Origin: Eubacteriales bacterium
GTDB lineage: Bacteria > Bacillota > Clostridia > Oscillospirales > CAG-272
Assembly (NCBI GenBank): GCA_045127215.1
Contig: JBGVPV010000036.1
Location: 17,137 to 49,136 of the forward strand
Length of the DNA: 32,000 nt
Direction of reading: 5' to 3'
Shown here: positions 25,142 to 32,000 of the stretch, in pieces
Numbering within the stretch: position 1 is the stretch's first letter
Layout: each line of letters opens with the position of its first letter
The notes under the pieces: model-generated
Databases searched by the model: none
What the model was told of the DNA's origin: nothing
The model's input: the letters and a program-made list of their open reading frames with translations, nothing else
Program-made: the position numbers and the translations under genes

Positions 25142-25169
25142 TTGCAATTTTAAATTATTGTGATACAAT
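25142..25169 (+). promoter_or_regulatory. Sigma-A-type promoter for the ferredoxin gene
   Basis: TTGCAA (25142-25147), 16-nt spacer, TACAAT (25164-25169), with upstream TG. The leader contains hairpin atgcacg (25176-25182) / cgtgcat (25198-25204). Confidence 0.5.
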
Positions 25170-25235
25170 ATATATATGCACGATGGATATACTTTCCCGT
25201 GCATCGTAAATTAAACAAACGGAGGTAATATTACA

Positions 25236-25406
25236 ATGGCTTACAAGATTACAGACGATTGTGTTTCTTGTGGTGCATGCGCTGAGGCTTGTCCTGTAAA
25301 CGCTATCACAGAGGGTGACACAAAGTACGAGATTAACGCTGATGAGTGCATCGAGTGCGGTGCTTGCGCTGAGGCTTGCCCCGTAGCTGCACCTGTAGCA
25401 GACTGA
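25236..25406 (+). CDS. Clostridial-type 2x[4Fe-4S] ferredoxin (56 aa), absent from the ORF track
   Basis: My own translation is MAYKITDDCVSCGACAEACPVNAITEGDTKYEINADECIECGACAEACPVAAPVAD*. It has two CxxCxxCxxxCP motifs. GGAGG lies 8 nt upstream of the ATG. The 85-aa minus-strand track ORF 25155-25412 is its antisense shadow. Confidence 0.92.
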   Translation: MAYKITDDCVSCGACAEACPVNAITEGDTKYEINADECIECGACAEACPVAAPVAD

Positions 25407-25441
25407 TTTCAATTATCCGAATACTTAAGAGGATAACTCAC

Positions 25442-25466
25442 GGGCTGTTGCTGTTTGCAACAGCCC
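25442..25466 (+). terminator. Hairpin/terminator after the ferredoxin gene
   Basis: gggctgttgc-tgttt-gcaacagccc followed by attgtcttt. The U-tract is weak. The arms are identical over 9 nt to those of the terminator at 25045. Confidence 0.55.
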
Positions 25467-25467
25467 A

Positions 25468-26253
25468 TTGTCTTTAATGGGAGAAATTGTTTTGATCAAC
25501 ATTGGTGATATAGAATTATTCGAGGACGAGCGTCTGGACGAAGTCAATGAAAATCTGACCTTGATACAAAAAAAGGACGGTTTGACCTTTGGAACGGATG
25601 CTTTTTTGTTGGCATCCTTTATAAAAAACGCTCCGTCTGCAAAGGGAGCCGAGCTTGGCGCGGGTACGGGTATTGTATCGCTTTTAGCGGCGCAAAGACA
25701 AAAGCTTGCTCATATTTACGCTATCGAGGTACAAAGTGATTTTTGTGCACTCACCGATAGAAACGTGAAGCTCAACGGTCTTGGGGATAAAATTACCGTT
25801 CTTGAAGCTGACGCCAGGGATATAAAAGCCACAAGTGTTGGCGGTGAGCTTGATGTGGTATTTTCCAACCCGCCTTATATGAAGACCGACAGCGGCAAAC
25901 GCAACACATCGGAACGCAAATATATAGCACGTCACGAGGTTAAGGGTGGCATAGATGATTTTTGCGAGGCGGCATACAGACTGCTCAAGCACGGTGGTAA
26001 ATTCTATTGCGTTTACCGTCCCGATAGGCTTGTGGGCTTGCTTTCTGCCATGCGCAACCATAGGCTTGAACCCAAGATACTGCAAACAGTTTGCGCTAAC
26101 ACAGAGAGCGCGCCGAGTATGGTACTCGTTATGGCTCAAAAGGGTGGCAATGAGGGGCTTATAACGCCGCCTACGCTCTTTTTGAACCGTGACGGTAGCA
26201 CGGAGCTTACCGAACGCGCCGCGAAAATTTACGATACGCTCAGCTTTGAATAA
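25468..26253 (+). CDS. SAM-dependent N6-adenine methyltransferase, tRNA1(Val) m6A37 (YfiC/TrmN6)-like
   Basis: SAM motif I (AELGAGTGIVSL) and motif IV (VFSNPPYM). The start is uncertain: TTG 25468, ATG 25477, or TTG 25492 (the last preceded by GGGAGA). Confidence 0.75.
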   Translation: MSLMGEIVLINIGDIELFEDERLDEVNENLTLIQKKDGLTFGTDAFLLASFIKNAPSAKGAELGAGTGIVSLLAAQRQKLAHIYAIEVQSDFCALTDRNVKLNGLGDKITVLEADARDIKATSVGGELDVVFSNPPYMKTDSGKRNTSERKYIARHEVKGGIDDFCEAAYRLLKHGGKFYCVYRPDRLVGLLSAMRNHRLEPKILQTVCANTESAPSMVLVMAQKGGNEGLITPPTLFLNRDGSTELTERAAKIYDTLSFE

Positions 26254-26271
26254 CATAAAGGAGAGCTTCTG

Positions 26272-27030
26272 ATGGAAGGACTTAAAAGAATACTCAGCTA
26301 CGTCAGACGTGGTGTTGACGATTACGAGATGATAAAGGAAGGCGATAAGATCGCGGTCGGAGTGTCTGCGGGTAAGGACTCGCTTGCACTTTTGTGCGCT
26401 ATGGCGGCGTTACGTAGATTTTATCCCAAGAAATTTGAGCTTTGCGCGATAACCGTCGATATGGGATTTGAGGACTTTGATCTGACTCCTATAAGAAAAA
26501 TGTGTGAGGAGCTTGAGGTTGAATATCACGTCGCGCCCACGCAGATTGCAAAGATAATTTTCGATATACGTAAGGAGAAAAATCCTTGCTCTCTATGCGC
26601 AAAGATGCGTCGAGGCGCGCTTTATAATTATGCCAAAGAGATCGGTTGTACGTCAGTTGCGCTCGGACATCACTTTGACGACGTGGTGGAGACGTTTATG
26701 CTCAATCTTTTTTATGAGGGAAGGCTGGGTTGTTTTCAGCCCGTTACATATCTTTCAAATACCGATATTTATCTCATAAGACCTATGATCTATATGCCTG
26801 AGAAGGACGTCAGATATTTTGCATCTAAAAACGAGCTGCCCGTTATAAAATCTCCCTGCGCCGCTGACGGAAACACCGAGCGCGAAGAAATGAAGAAGCT
26901 TTTACACGGGCTTGAGATGGGCAACAAGGGCTTACGCTACCGCATTTTCGGTGCGATACAGCGCGGAGAGATCGACGGATTTCGTGAGATGGGCAGAATG
27001 CAGGGAATGAAGGATTACGAAGACGATTAA
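26272..27030 (+). CDS. ttcA: PP-loop ATPase, tRNA 2-thiocytidine biosynthesis TtcA family
   Basis: 252 aa. PP-loop SAGKDS. CSLCAKMRRG. GHHFDDVVETFMLNL. C-terminal SPC motif. All are collinear with TtcA. Confidence 0.8.
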   Translation: MEGLKRILSYVRRGVDDYEMIKEGDKIAVGVSAGKDSLALLCAMAALRRFYPKKFELCAITVDMGFEDFDLTPIRKMCEELEVEYHVAPTQIAKIIFDIRKEKNPCSLCAKMRRGALYNYAKEIGCTSVALGHHFDDVVETFMLNLFYEGRLGCFQPVTYLSNTDIYLIRPMIYMPEKDVRYFASKNELPVIKSPCAADGNTEREEMKKLLHGLEMGNKGLRYRIFGAIQRGEIDGFREMGRMQGMKDYEDD

Positions 27031-27066
27031 ATATAAGTAATTTGCGGCAAATTTTGCCGTACCCCC

Positions 27067-27095
27067 TTGTAAAAATTTAAAATATTTGTTATAAT
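27067..27095 (+). promoter_or_regulatory. Sigma-A-type promoter for metG
   Basis: TTGTAA (27067-27072), 17-nt spacer, TATAAT (27090-27095), with upstream TG. The leader is only about 40 nt, so there is no room for a T-box. Confidence 0.5.
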
Positions 27096-27140
27096 ATAAT
27101 GAGAATTAATGCTAAATTGCTCGAAAGAGAGGATTTTGAA

Positions 27141-29108
27141 ATGAGCGAGAAATATTATATAACAACAGCGATAGCATACGCATCCAAAAAGCCGCACTTT
27201 GGCAATACCTATGAGGCTATTATGACCGATGCTATGGCGCGCTATAAGAAGCAGATGGGCTTTGACGTTTTCTATTGTACGGGAACTGACGAGCACGGTC
27301 AGAAGATCGAGGATCTTGCAAAGGATGCGGGAATTACCCCCAAGGCGTACGTTGACGGCGTTGCGGGTGAGATCCGCGAGCTTTGGGATAAGATGGACGT
27401 TGAATACGATCACTTTATTCGTACGACAGACGACTATCACGAGGCGGCTGTAAAGAAGATATTCAAGAAGTTCTACGATAAGGGCGATATATATAAGGGC
27501 AAATATGAGGGTTGGTACTGTACCCCTTGTGAGTCCTTCTTCACGGAAACTCAGGCGGAGGGCGGCAAGTGCCCCGATTGTGGCAGACCCGTGCAGAGAG
27601 CTGAAGAGGAGGCATACTTCTTCAAGATGAGCAAATATGCTGACAAGCTTATGGCTCACATTGAGGCAAATCCCGAGTTTATCCAGCCGGAATCCCGAAA
27701 GAAAGAAATGGTAAATAATTTCCTTAAGGTTGAGGGTGGTCTTCAGGACCTTTGCGTTTCCAGAACCTCTTTCAGCTGGGGAATTCCCGTTGATTTCGAT
27801 CCTCGCCACGTAACTTACGTTTGGCTTGACGCGCTCACTAACTACATCACGGCTATCGGCTTTGATCCCGATAAGTCTTACGAGGAGCAGAGTGAGAAGT
27901 TCAGAAAGTATTGGCCTGCTGACGTTCACGTAATAGGCAAAGATATACTTCGTTTCCATACTATTTACTGGCCTATCTTCCTGATGGCGCTTGATATGCC
28001 GCTTCCCAAGCAGATATTCGGTCATCCCTGGTTCAACTTTGGCGCTGATAAGATGTCAAAGTCCCGTGGAAACGTTATTTATGCGGACGAGCTTGCAGAG
28101 CGCTTTGGTGTTGACGGCGTGAGATATTACGCTCTTGCCGAGATGCCTTTTGCAACTGACGGAAGCATTACGTATGAAACTGTTATAAAGAGATTTAACA
28201 CAGACCTTGTAAACAATCTCGGCAACCTTGTCAAGAGAACGCTTGACATGCAGAAAAAGTACTTTGACAAGGTAGTTCAGAAGCCCACCGCTCCCACAGA
28301 GCTTGACGCAGAGCTCAAGGCAAGTGCTGTAAAGGCTTACGAGGGTGTTGTGGCTAATATGGACGCTTTCCGCGTAGCAGACGCGCTTGAGTGCATTTTT
28401 GAGATGCTCAGCCGCGCTAATAAGTATATTGATGAAACAACACCGTGGGCACTCGCTAAAGACGAGAGTCAGAGAGAAAGACTCGGCACGGTACTTTATA
28501 ACCTGCTTGAAACTATTCGTTGGGGTGCGGTTCTTTTGAATCCATTTATCCCCGCAACCTCTGCTGAGATATTCTCTGAGCTTGGAACTGCTCTTACAAG
28601 CTACGATACTATCGGAGCCGAGGAGAAGTTTGGCGGTATTGAGGCAGGTAGCACGGTTGGAGACTCCAAGGTTCTCTTTGCGAGAATAGACGAGGCAAAG
28701 CTGCTCGCTGAGCTTGAGGCTGAGATGGCGGCTAAGAAGGCGGCGGCAGAAGCCGCAGCTAAGGCTGCTGAAAAGCCTGAGGGATGTGCTATAATCGGTA
28801 TCGAGGACTTTATGAACGTAGAGCTTCGCACGGCGCAGATAGTTTCTTGTGAGCGTGTTCCCAAGGCTAAGAAGCTGCTCAAGCTCCAGCTTGATCTCGG
28901 TTATGAGAGAAGACAGGTGGTTTCAGGTATTGCAAAGTTCTACGAGCCCGAGGCACTCGTTGGCAAGAAGATCATCGTAGTGGCAAACCTCAAGCCCGCA
29001 ACGCTTTGCGGTATCGAATCTAACGGAATGATACTTGCGAGTGGTGAGGAACAGATCAGAGTAGTATTTCTTGCTGAGGATACCCCTCTTGGAGAAAGAG
29101 TAAGATAA
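27141..29108 (+). CDS. metG: Methionine--tRNA ligase with C-terminal EMAP/Trbp111-like tRNA-binding domain
   Basis: Start at ATG 27141 (MSEKYYITTAIAY) after AGAGAGG. HIGH-type motif KPHFGN. Zinc knuckles CTPC...CPDC. KMSKS. Ala/Lys-rich linker followed by an OB-fold tRNA-binding domain. Confidence 0.95.
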   Translation: MSEKYYITTAIAYASKKPHFGNTYEAIMTDAMARYKKQMGFDVFYCTGTDEHGQKIEDLAKDAGITPKAYVDGVAGEIRELWDKMDVEYDHFIRTTDDYHEAAVKKIFKKFYDKGDIYKGKYEGWYCTPCESFFTETQAEGGKCPDCGRPVQRAEEEAYFFKMSKYADKLMAHIEANPEFIQPESRKKEMVNNFLKVEGGLQDLCVSRTSFSWGIPVDFDPRHVTYVWLDALTNYITAIGFDPDKSYEEQSEKFRKYWPADVHVIGKDILRFHTIYWPIFLMALDMPLPKQIFGHPWFNFGADKMSKSRGNVIYADELAERFGVDGVRYYALAEMPFATDGSITYETVIKRFNTDLVNNLGNLVKRTLDMQKKYFDKVVQKPTAPTELDAELKASAVKAYEGVVANMDAFRVADALECIFEMLSRANKYIDETTPWALAKDESQRERLGTVLYNLLETIRWGAVLLNPFIPATSAEIFSELGTALTSYDTIGAEEKFGGIEAGSTVGDSKVLFARIDEAKLLAELEAEMAAKKAAAEAAAKAAEKPEGCAIIGIEDFMNVELRTAQIVSCERVPKAKKLLKLQLDLGYERRQVVSGIAKFYEPEALVGKKIIVVANLKPATLCGIESNGMILASGEEQIRVVFLAEDTPLGERVR

Positions 29109-29142
29109 AAGCTTATAAAATCCTTGATATATAGGAGAAAAT

Positions 29143-30099
29143 ATGAAAATTACTGTTGTTGGATGCGGACGCTGGGGCTCGCTTATAACGTGGTATCTTG
29201 ATAGACAGGGGCACGAAGTGACCTTGTATGGTCTTGAAAACGCTCCGGAAATGCAGAGATTCCTCAGGGAAAGAAGAAATGATCTTCTTGAACTCCCCGA
29301 GAGTATAAAGCTGACTACGGATATCAGCTCGCTTTGCGGCGCTGAGGTCATTGTAATTTCCATCGGATCTCAAGGACTTCGTTCCTTTATGAAGGAGATC
29401 GAGCATCTTAATATAGAGAACAAGACCTTTGTACTTTGTATGAAGGGAATAGAGATGGATACGGGCAAGCGACTTTCTGAGGTAGCGTCCGAAAACCTGC
29501 ACCCTTCGAATAACGTTGCTGTATGGATAGGACCCGGTCACGTACAGGAGTTTTACGCAGGTATACCTAACTGTATGGTAATTGACAGTGAAAATGAGGC
29601 TGTCAAGACATATCTCGTTGACAATCTCTCAAGTGATCTTATCAGATTTTATTATGGATCTGATATAATAGGCAACGAGCTTGGTGCGGCGGCAAAGAAC
29701 GTTATAGGAATTGCTGCAGGAATGCTTGACGGAATGGGACTTTCCACACTTAAGGGTGCGCTTATGTCTCGTGGCACTCGTGAGGTTGCAAGACTTATTG
29801 CCGCTATGGGTGGTAAGGAACTGTCAGCCTACGGACTTTGCCATCTTGGCGACTATGAGGCGACCGTATTTTCAAAGTTCAGTCACAACCGTCAGTTTGG
29901 TGAGTCATTTGTTAAGGGCGAGAAGTATACTCTTCTTGCTGAAGGGTACTATACCGCAAAGGCAATGATGACACTGGCAGAGAAGTATTCGGTAGAGCTT
30001 CCGATATGTGAATCAGTTTATAAGATCCTTTGGGAGGGTGCGGACGCTCGCAGTGAACTCCGCGATCTGTTCTCCCGTTCGATCAAGCAGGAATTCTGA
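29143..30099 (+). CDS. NAD(P)H-dependent glycerol-3-phosphate dehydrogenase family protein (divergent GpsA-like)
   Basis: 318 aa. Collinear with GpsA (VVGCGRWGS Rossmann motif, GNELGAAAKNVIGIAAGM, LAEGYYTAKA) but shorter, and divergent at several conserved positions. Confidence 0.75.
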   Translation: MKITVVGCGRWGSLITWYLDRQGHEVTLYGLENAPEMQRFLRERRNDLLELPESIKLTTDISSLCGAEVIVISIGSQGLRSFMKEIEHLNIENKTFVLCMKGIEMDTGKRLSEVASENLHPSNNVAVWIGPGHVQEFYAGIPNCMVIDSENEAVKTYLVDNLSSDLIRFYYGSDIIGNELGAAAKNVIGIAAGMLDGMGLSTLKGALMSRGTREVARLIAAMGGKELSAYGLCHLGDYEATVFSKFSHNRQFGESFVKGEKYTLLAEGYYTAKAMMTLAEKYSVELPICESVYKILWEGADARSELRDLFSRSIKQEF

Positions 30100-30935
30100 T
30101 GGCTGAGATTTTTGATAGTAAGGCGATTTGCGAGGGCATCTTTGACTCTCACGCGCATTATTTTGACAGACGTTTCGAGAATGAAACCGACGGCGCGGAC
30201 GCAGTTCTGCAAAGAGATGTTTTTGGCTCGGGTATAGTTGGCGTTATTAACGTCGCGACCAACCTTAAGACTTCCGAGATATGTATAAAACAGGCATCAT
30301 TGTACGATAAAATGTACGCTACCGTGGGTATTCACCCCGAGGACGTGCAGTATTGTGAGAATAGCATAGATGTGGAACTTAAAAATCTCATGTCGCTGAT
30401 CGGAAGCAGGGAAGATGCGCGCAAAAATAAGGTGGTAGCGATAGGCGAGATTGGACTTGACTATCACTATGAGGGATTTGATAAGGAGCTTCAGCAAGTG
30501 TATTTTGAGCGTCAGCTTGAGCTTGCCCGAAACCTTGATATGCCCGTTATAATACACGATCGTGACGCTCACGGAGATTGCTTTGAAACTGTGCTGAAAT
30601 ATCCCGACGTTCGCGGAGTATTTCACAGCTTCAGCGGAAGTGCGGAAATGGCGGCAGAGCTTGTACGACGCGGCTGGTATATATCCTTTTCGGGTGTACT
30701 TACCTTTAAAAATGCAAGAAAATGCGTCGAAGCTGCTGAAAAAATACCGCTTGATCGCATACTTATCGAAACGGACGCACCGTATCTTGCACCGCATCCG
30801 TTTCGAGGAAAAATAAATCACTCGGGCTATATGTACCTTACTGCACAAAGGTTGGCAGAAATAAAAGGCGTTTCCCGAGATGAGATCGTATTAAAAACTA
30901 CGAAAAACGCAAGAGAATTGTTTGGTATTGATTAA
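30099..30935 (+). CDS. tatD: TatD-family metal-dependent hydrolase/DNase
   Basis: 278 aa. FDSHAHY, GEIGLDY, IHDRDAH and ETDAPYL motifs. Its ATG overlaps the upstream TGA by 1 nt (TGATG). Confidence 0.9.
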   Translation: MAEIFDSKAICEGIFDSHAHYFDRRFENETDGADAVLQRDVFGSGIVGVINVATNLKTSEICIKQASLYDKMYATVGIHPEDVQYCENSIDVELKNLMSLIGSREDARKNKVVAIGEIGLDYHYEGFDKELQQVYFERQLELARNLDMPVIIHDRDAHGDCFETVLKYPDVRGVFHSFSGSAEMAAELVRRGWYISFSGVLTFKNARKCVEAAEKIPLDRILIETDAPYLAPHPFRGKINHSGYMYLTAQRLAEIKGVSRDEIVLKTTKNARELFGID

Positions 30936-30943
30936 TAAAAATC

Positions 30944-30973
30944 ATTGACTGCGCCGCGTGTGGCGCAGTCAAT
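30944..30973 (+). terminator. 12-bp hairpin downstream of tatD (poor U-tract)
   Basis: attgactgcgcc-gcgtgt-ggcgcagtcaat, followed by actttac. Confidence 0.45.
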
Positions 30974-30994
30974 ACTTTACAAGAGGAAAATGTT

Positions 30995-32000
30995 ATGGCA
31001 AAAGATATACAGATTCGCCCCCTATCCTCACTTGCAAAGGTGTTTCCGAGCAAGATAATCGGCAAGAAGTGTACATTCGGGCAGGTAGCTGCAGGGCAGG
31101 AGATATCCTTTCAGGTGGCATATCGCCTTAACCGTGATTATTATACTAAAAAAGCTTATCGTGTAGAGGTAACACTCGGTGATGATATTAAGGTGTCGCC
31201 CGAGCTTTTTGACGTTAAATACGTTCCTTCGTTTTTTGTGGCTTATCCTATGGCGCACGATAAGAACTATATTACTACGGAGAGTGGATATTTTCCCGAT
31301 CCCTTAGTCCCTATGGATAACGGAGATAAGGTCTACGCCGTCTCACAATCCTGGCAGAGCTTGTGGATATCCTTGCGCATACCCTCAACACATGCGGCGT
31401 GTGAGGATAAGATAACGGTGCGCTTTATACGTGATAAAAATGGGGAAGTTGTCGAAAAGTGCACGTTTTTGCTGCGGATAAATACCGCGTCGCTACCCAC
31501 TCCTACCCTCAGTTTTACTCAGTGGATACATTATGACTGTATCGCCGACGTTCACGGTGTAAAGGTATTTTCCGAGGCACATTGGACACTTATAGAAAAA
31601 TATCTGCGTCTTGCGGCGCTTCACGGAGTTAACCTCGTGTTGACACCGATACTTACGCCACCGCTTGATACGGCAGTTGGCGGAGAGCGTACTACGGTAC
31701 AGCTCGTCGATATTGAATATACTAATGGCGAATATTCCTTTGATTTTTCAAAGCTTACAAGATTCGTTCGACTTGTAAAGCAGATCGGTATCGATAGCTT
31801 TGAGATAAATCATATGTTTACGCAATGGGGAGCTACGTGTTGTCCTAAGGTTGTGGCAAAGGTTAACGGAAGAAATAAGAAGATCTTCGGCTGGCATACC
31901 TCGGCGACCTCTGAGGAGTATAAGAACTTTTTATCAAAGCTTATTCCTGCGCTTATTACGCACTTTAACTCTCTTGGCATTACGAACGACCATATAATTT
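30995..32000 (+). CDS. DUF4091-like (glycoside-hydrolase-like) protein, N-terminal 335 codons; continues beyond the window
   Basis: It is not in the track because no stop is reached. I translated it by hand from ATG 30995 (GAGGA 7 nt upstream) to 31999 and found no stop. MAKDIQIRPLSSLAKVFP...FTQWIHYDCIADVHGVKVFSEAHW...LTPPLDTAVGGERTTVQLVDI matches my recollection of DUF4091 proteins. Confidence 0.7.
   Translation, partial: MAKDIQIRPLSSLAKVFPSKIIGKKCTFGQVAAGQEISFQVAYRLNRDYYTKKAYRVEVTLGDDIKVSPELFDVKYVPSFFVAYPMAHDKNYITTESGYFPDPLVPMDNGDKVYAVSQSWQSLWISLRIPSTHAACEDKITVRFIRDKNGEVVEKCTFLLRINTASLPTPTLSFTQWIHYDCIADVHGVKVFSEAHWTLIEKYLRLAALHGVNLVLTPILTPPLDTAVGGERTTVQLVDIEYTNGEYSFDFSKLTRFVRLVKQIGIDSFEINHMFTQWGATCCPKVVAKVNGRNKKIFGWHTSATSEEYKNFLSKLIPALITHFNSLGITNDHII

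Noticed and set aside
25155-25412. 85-aa minus-strand ORF listed in the track.
   Set aside because: It is exactly antisense to the ferredoxin gene, which has a canonical 2x CxxCxxCxxxCP sequence, an RBS, a promoter and a terminator on the plus strand.
27031-27140. Looked for a T-box leader upstream of metG, and for riboswitches upstream of hom, the EF-G paralog, the surface-protein gene and the ferredoxin gene.
   Set aside because: The leaders are too short (about 40-90 nt). They lack specifier, T-box or other conserved riboswitch cores that I could recognise. Only simple hairpins are present.
27027-28025. 332-aa minus-strand ORF. Similar long antisense ORFs occur at 4648-5649 (333 aa), 3928-4581, 14881-15729, 17481-18056, 25684-26256 and 30297-30848.
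   Set aside because: Each lies entirely antisense to a gene with unmistakable family motifs (MetRS, EF-G, HtrA, histidine kinase, methyltransferase, TatD). Their translations are low-complexity, rich in Cys/Arg/Leu/Ser and without motifs, and they lack RBSs. They are shadow ORFs produced by the codon bias of the sense strand.
1-32000. Scan for tRNA/rRNA genes, CRISPR arrays, transposases, integrases, toxin-antitoxin pairs and known defence operons.
   Set aside because: I found no T-loop/acceptor-type tRNA structures, no rRNA-like segments, no spaced repeat arrays, and no ORF with recombinase, transposase or classic defence motifs. AddAB is the housekeeping recombination nuclease, not an accessory system.

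Overview
This 32-kb chromosomal segment looks like a Clostridia genome. My guess is an Oscillospiraceae/Ruminococcaceae-like organism, based on gene content and style, but I cannot verify that here.

About 25 protein genes are present, and nearly all are recognisable housekeeping genes:
- a RadC-like fragment, hom, a DUF4364 protein, a SigH-like sigma factor and a double zinc-ribbon protein
- a stand-alone EF-G paralog
- addB-addA
- an htrA / response regulator / histidine kinase / rlmA / 2-hydroxyacid dehydrogenase operon
- ackA, divergent from tmcAL
- a small unknown protein and a large secreted beta-helix surface protein
- a 56-aa clostridial ferredoxin that the ORF track misses
- a TrmN6-like methyltransferase, ttcA, metG, a gpsA-like gene, tatD, and a DUF4091 gene that runs off the 3' end and is also absent from the track

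I see no tRNA, rRNA, CRISPR array, transposase, integrase or recognisable multi-gene defence system.

The only region that looks accessory is about 5845-7303. There, a markedly AT-rich orphan gene for a 2-TM protein sits between the EF-G paralog and addA. It is embedded in several families of short hairpin-forming repeats: three copies of a ~43-nt repeat, a 14-bp inverted pair, and GC-rich multi-hairpin elements. This is my best candidate for something new, but it is a single gene of unknown function, so the claim is weak.

Secondary points of interest are the surface protein (His/Cys repeats and a non-LPXTG tripartite C-terminal signal), the operator-like palindrome and direct-repeat array upstream of it, and the divergent ackA/tmcAL pair.

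All product calls rest on motif recognition by eye. No database search was possible.
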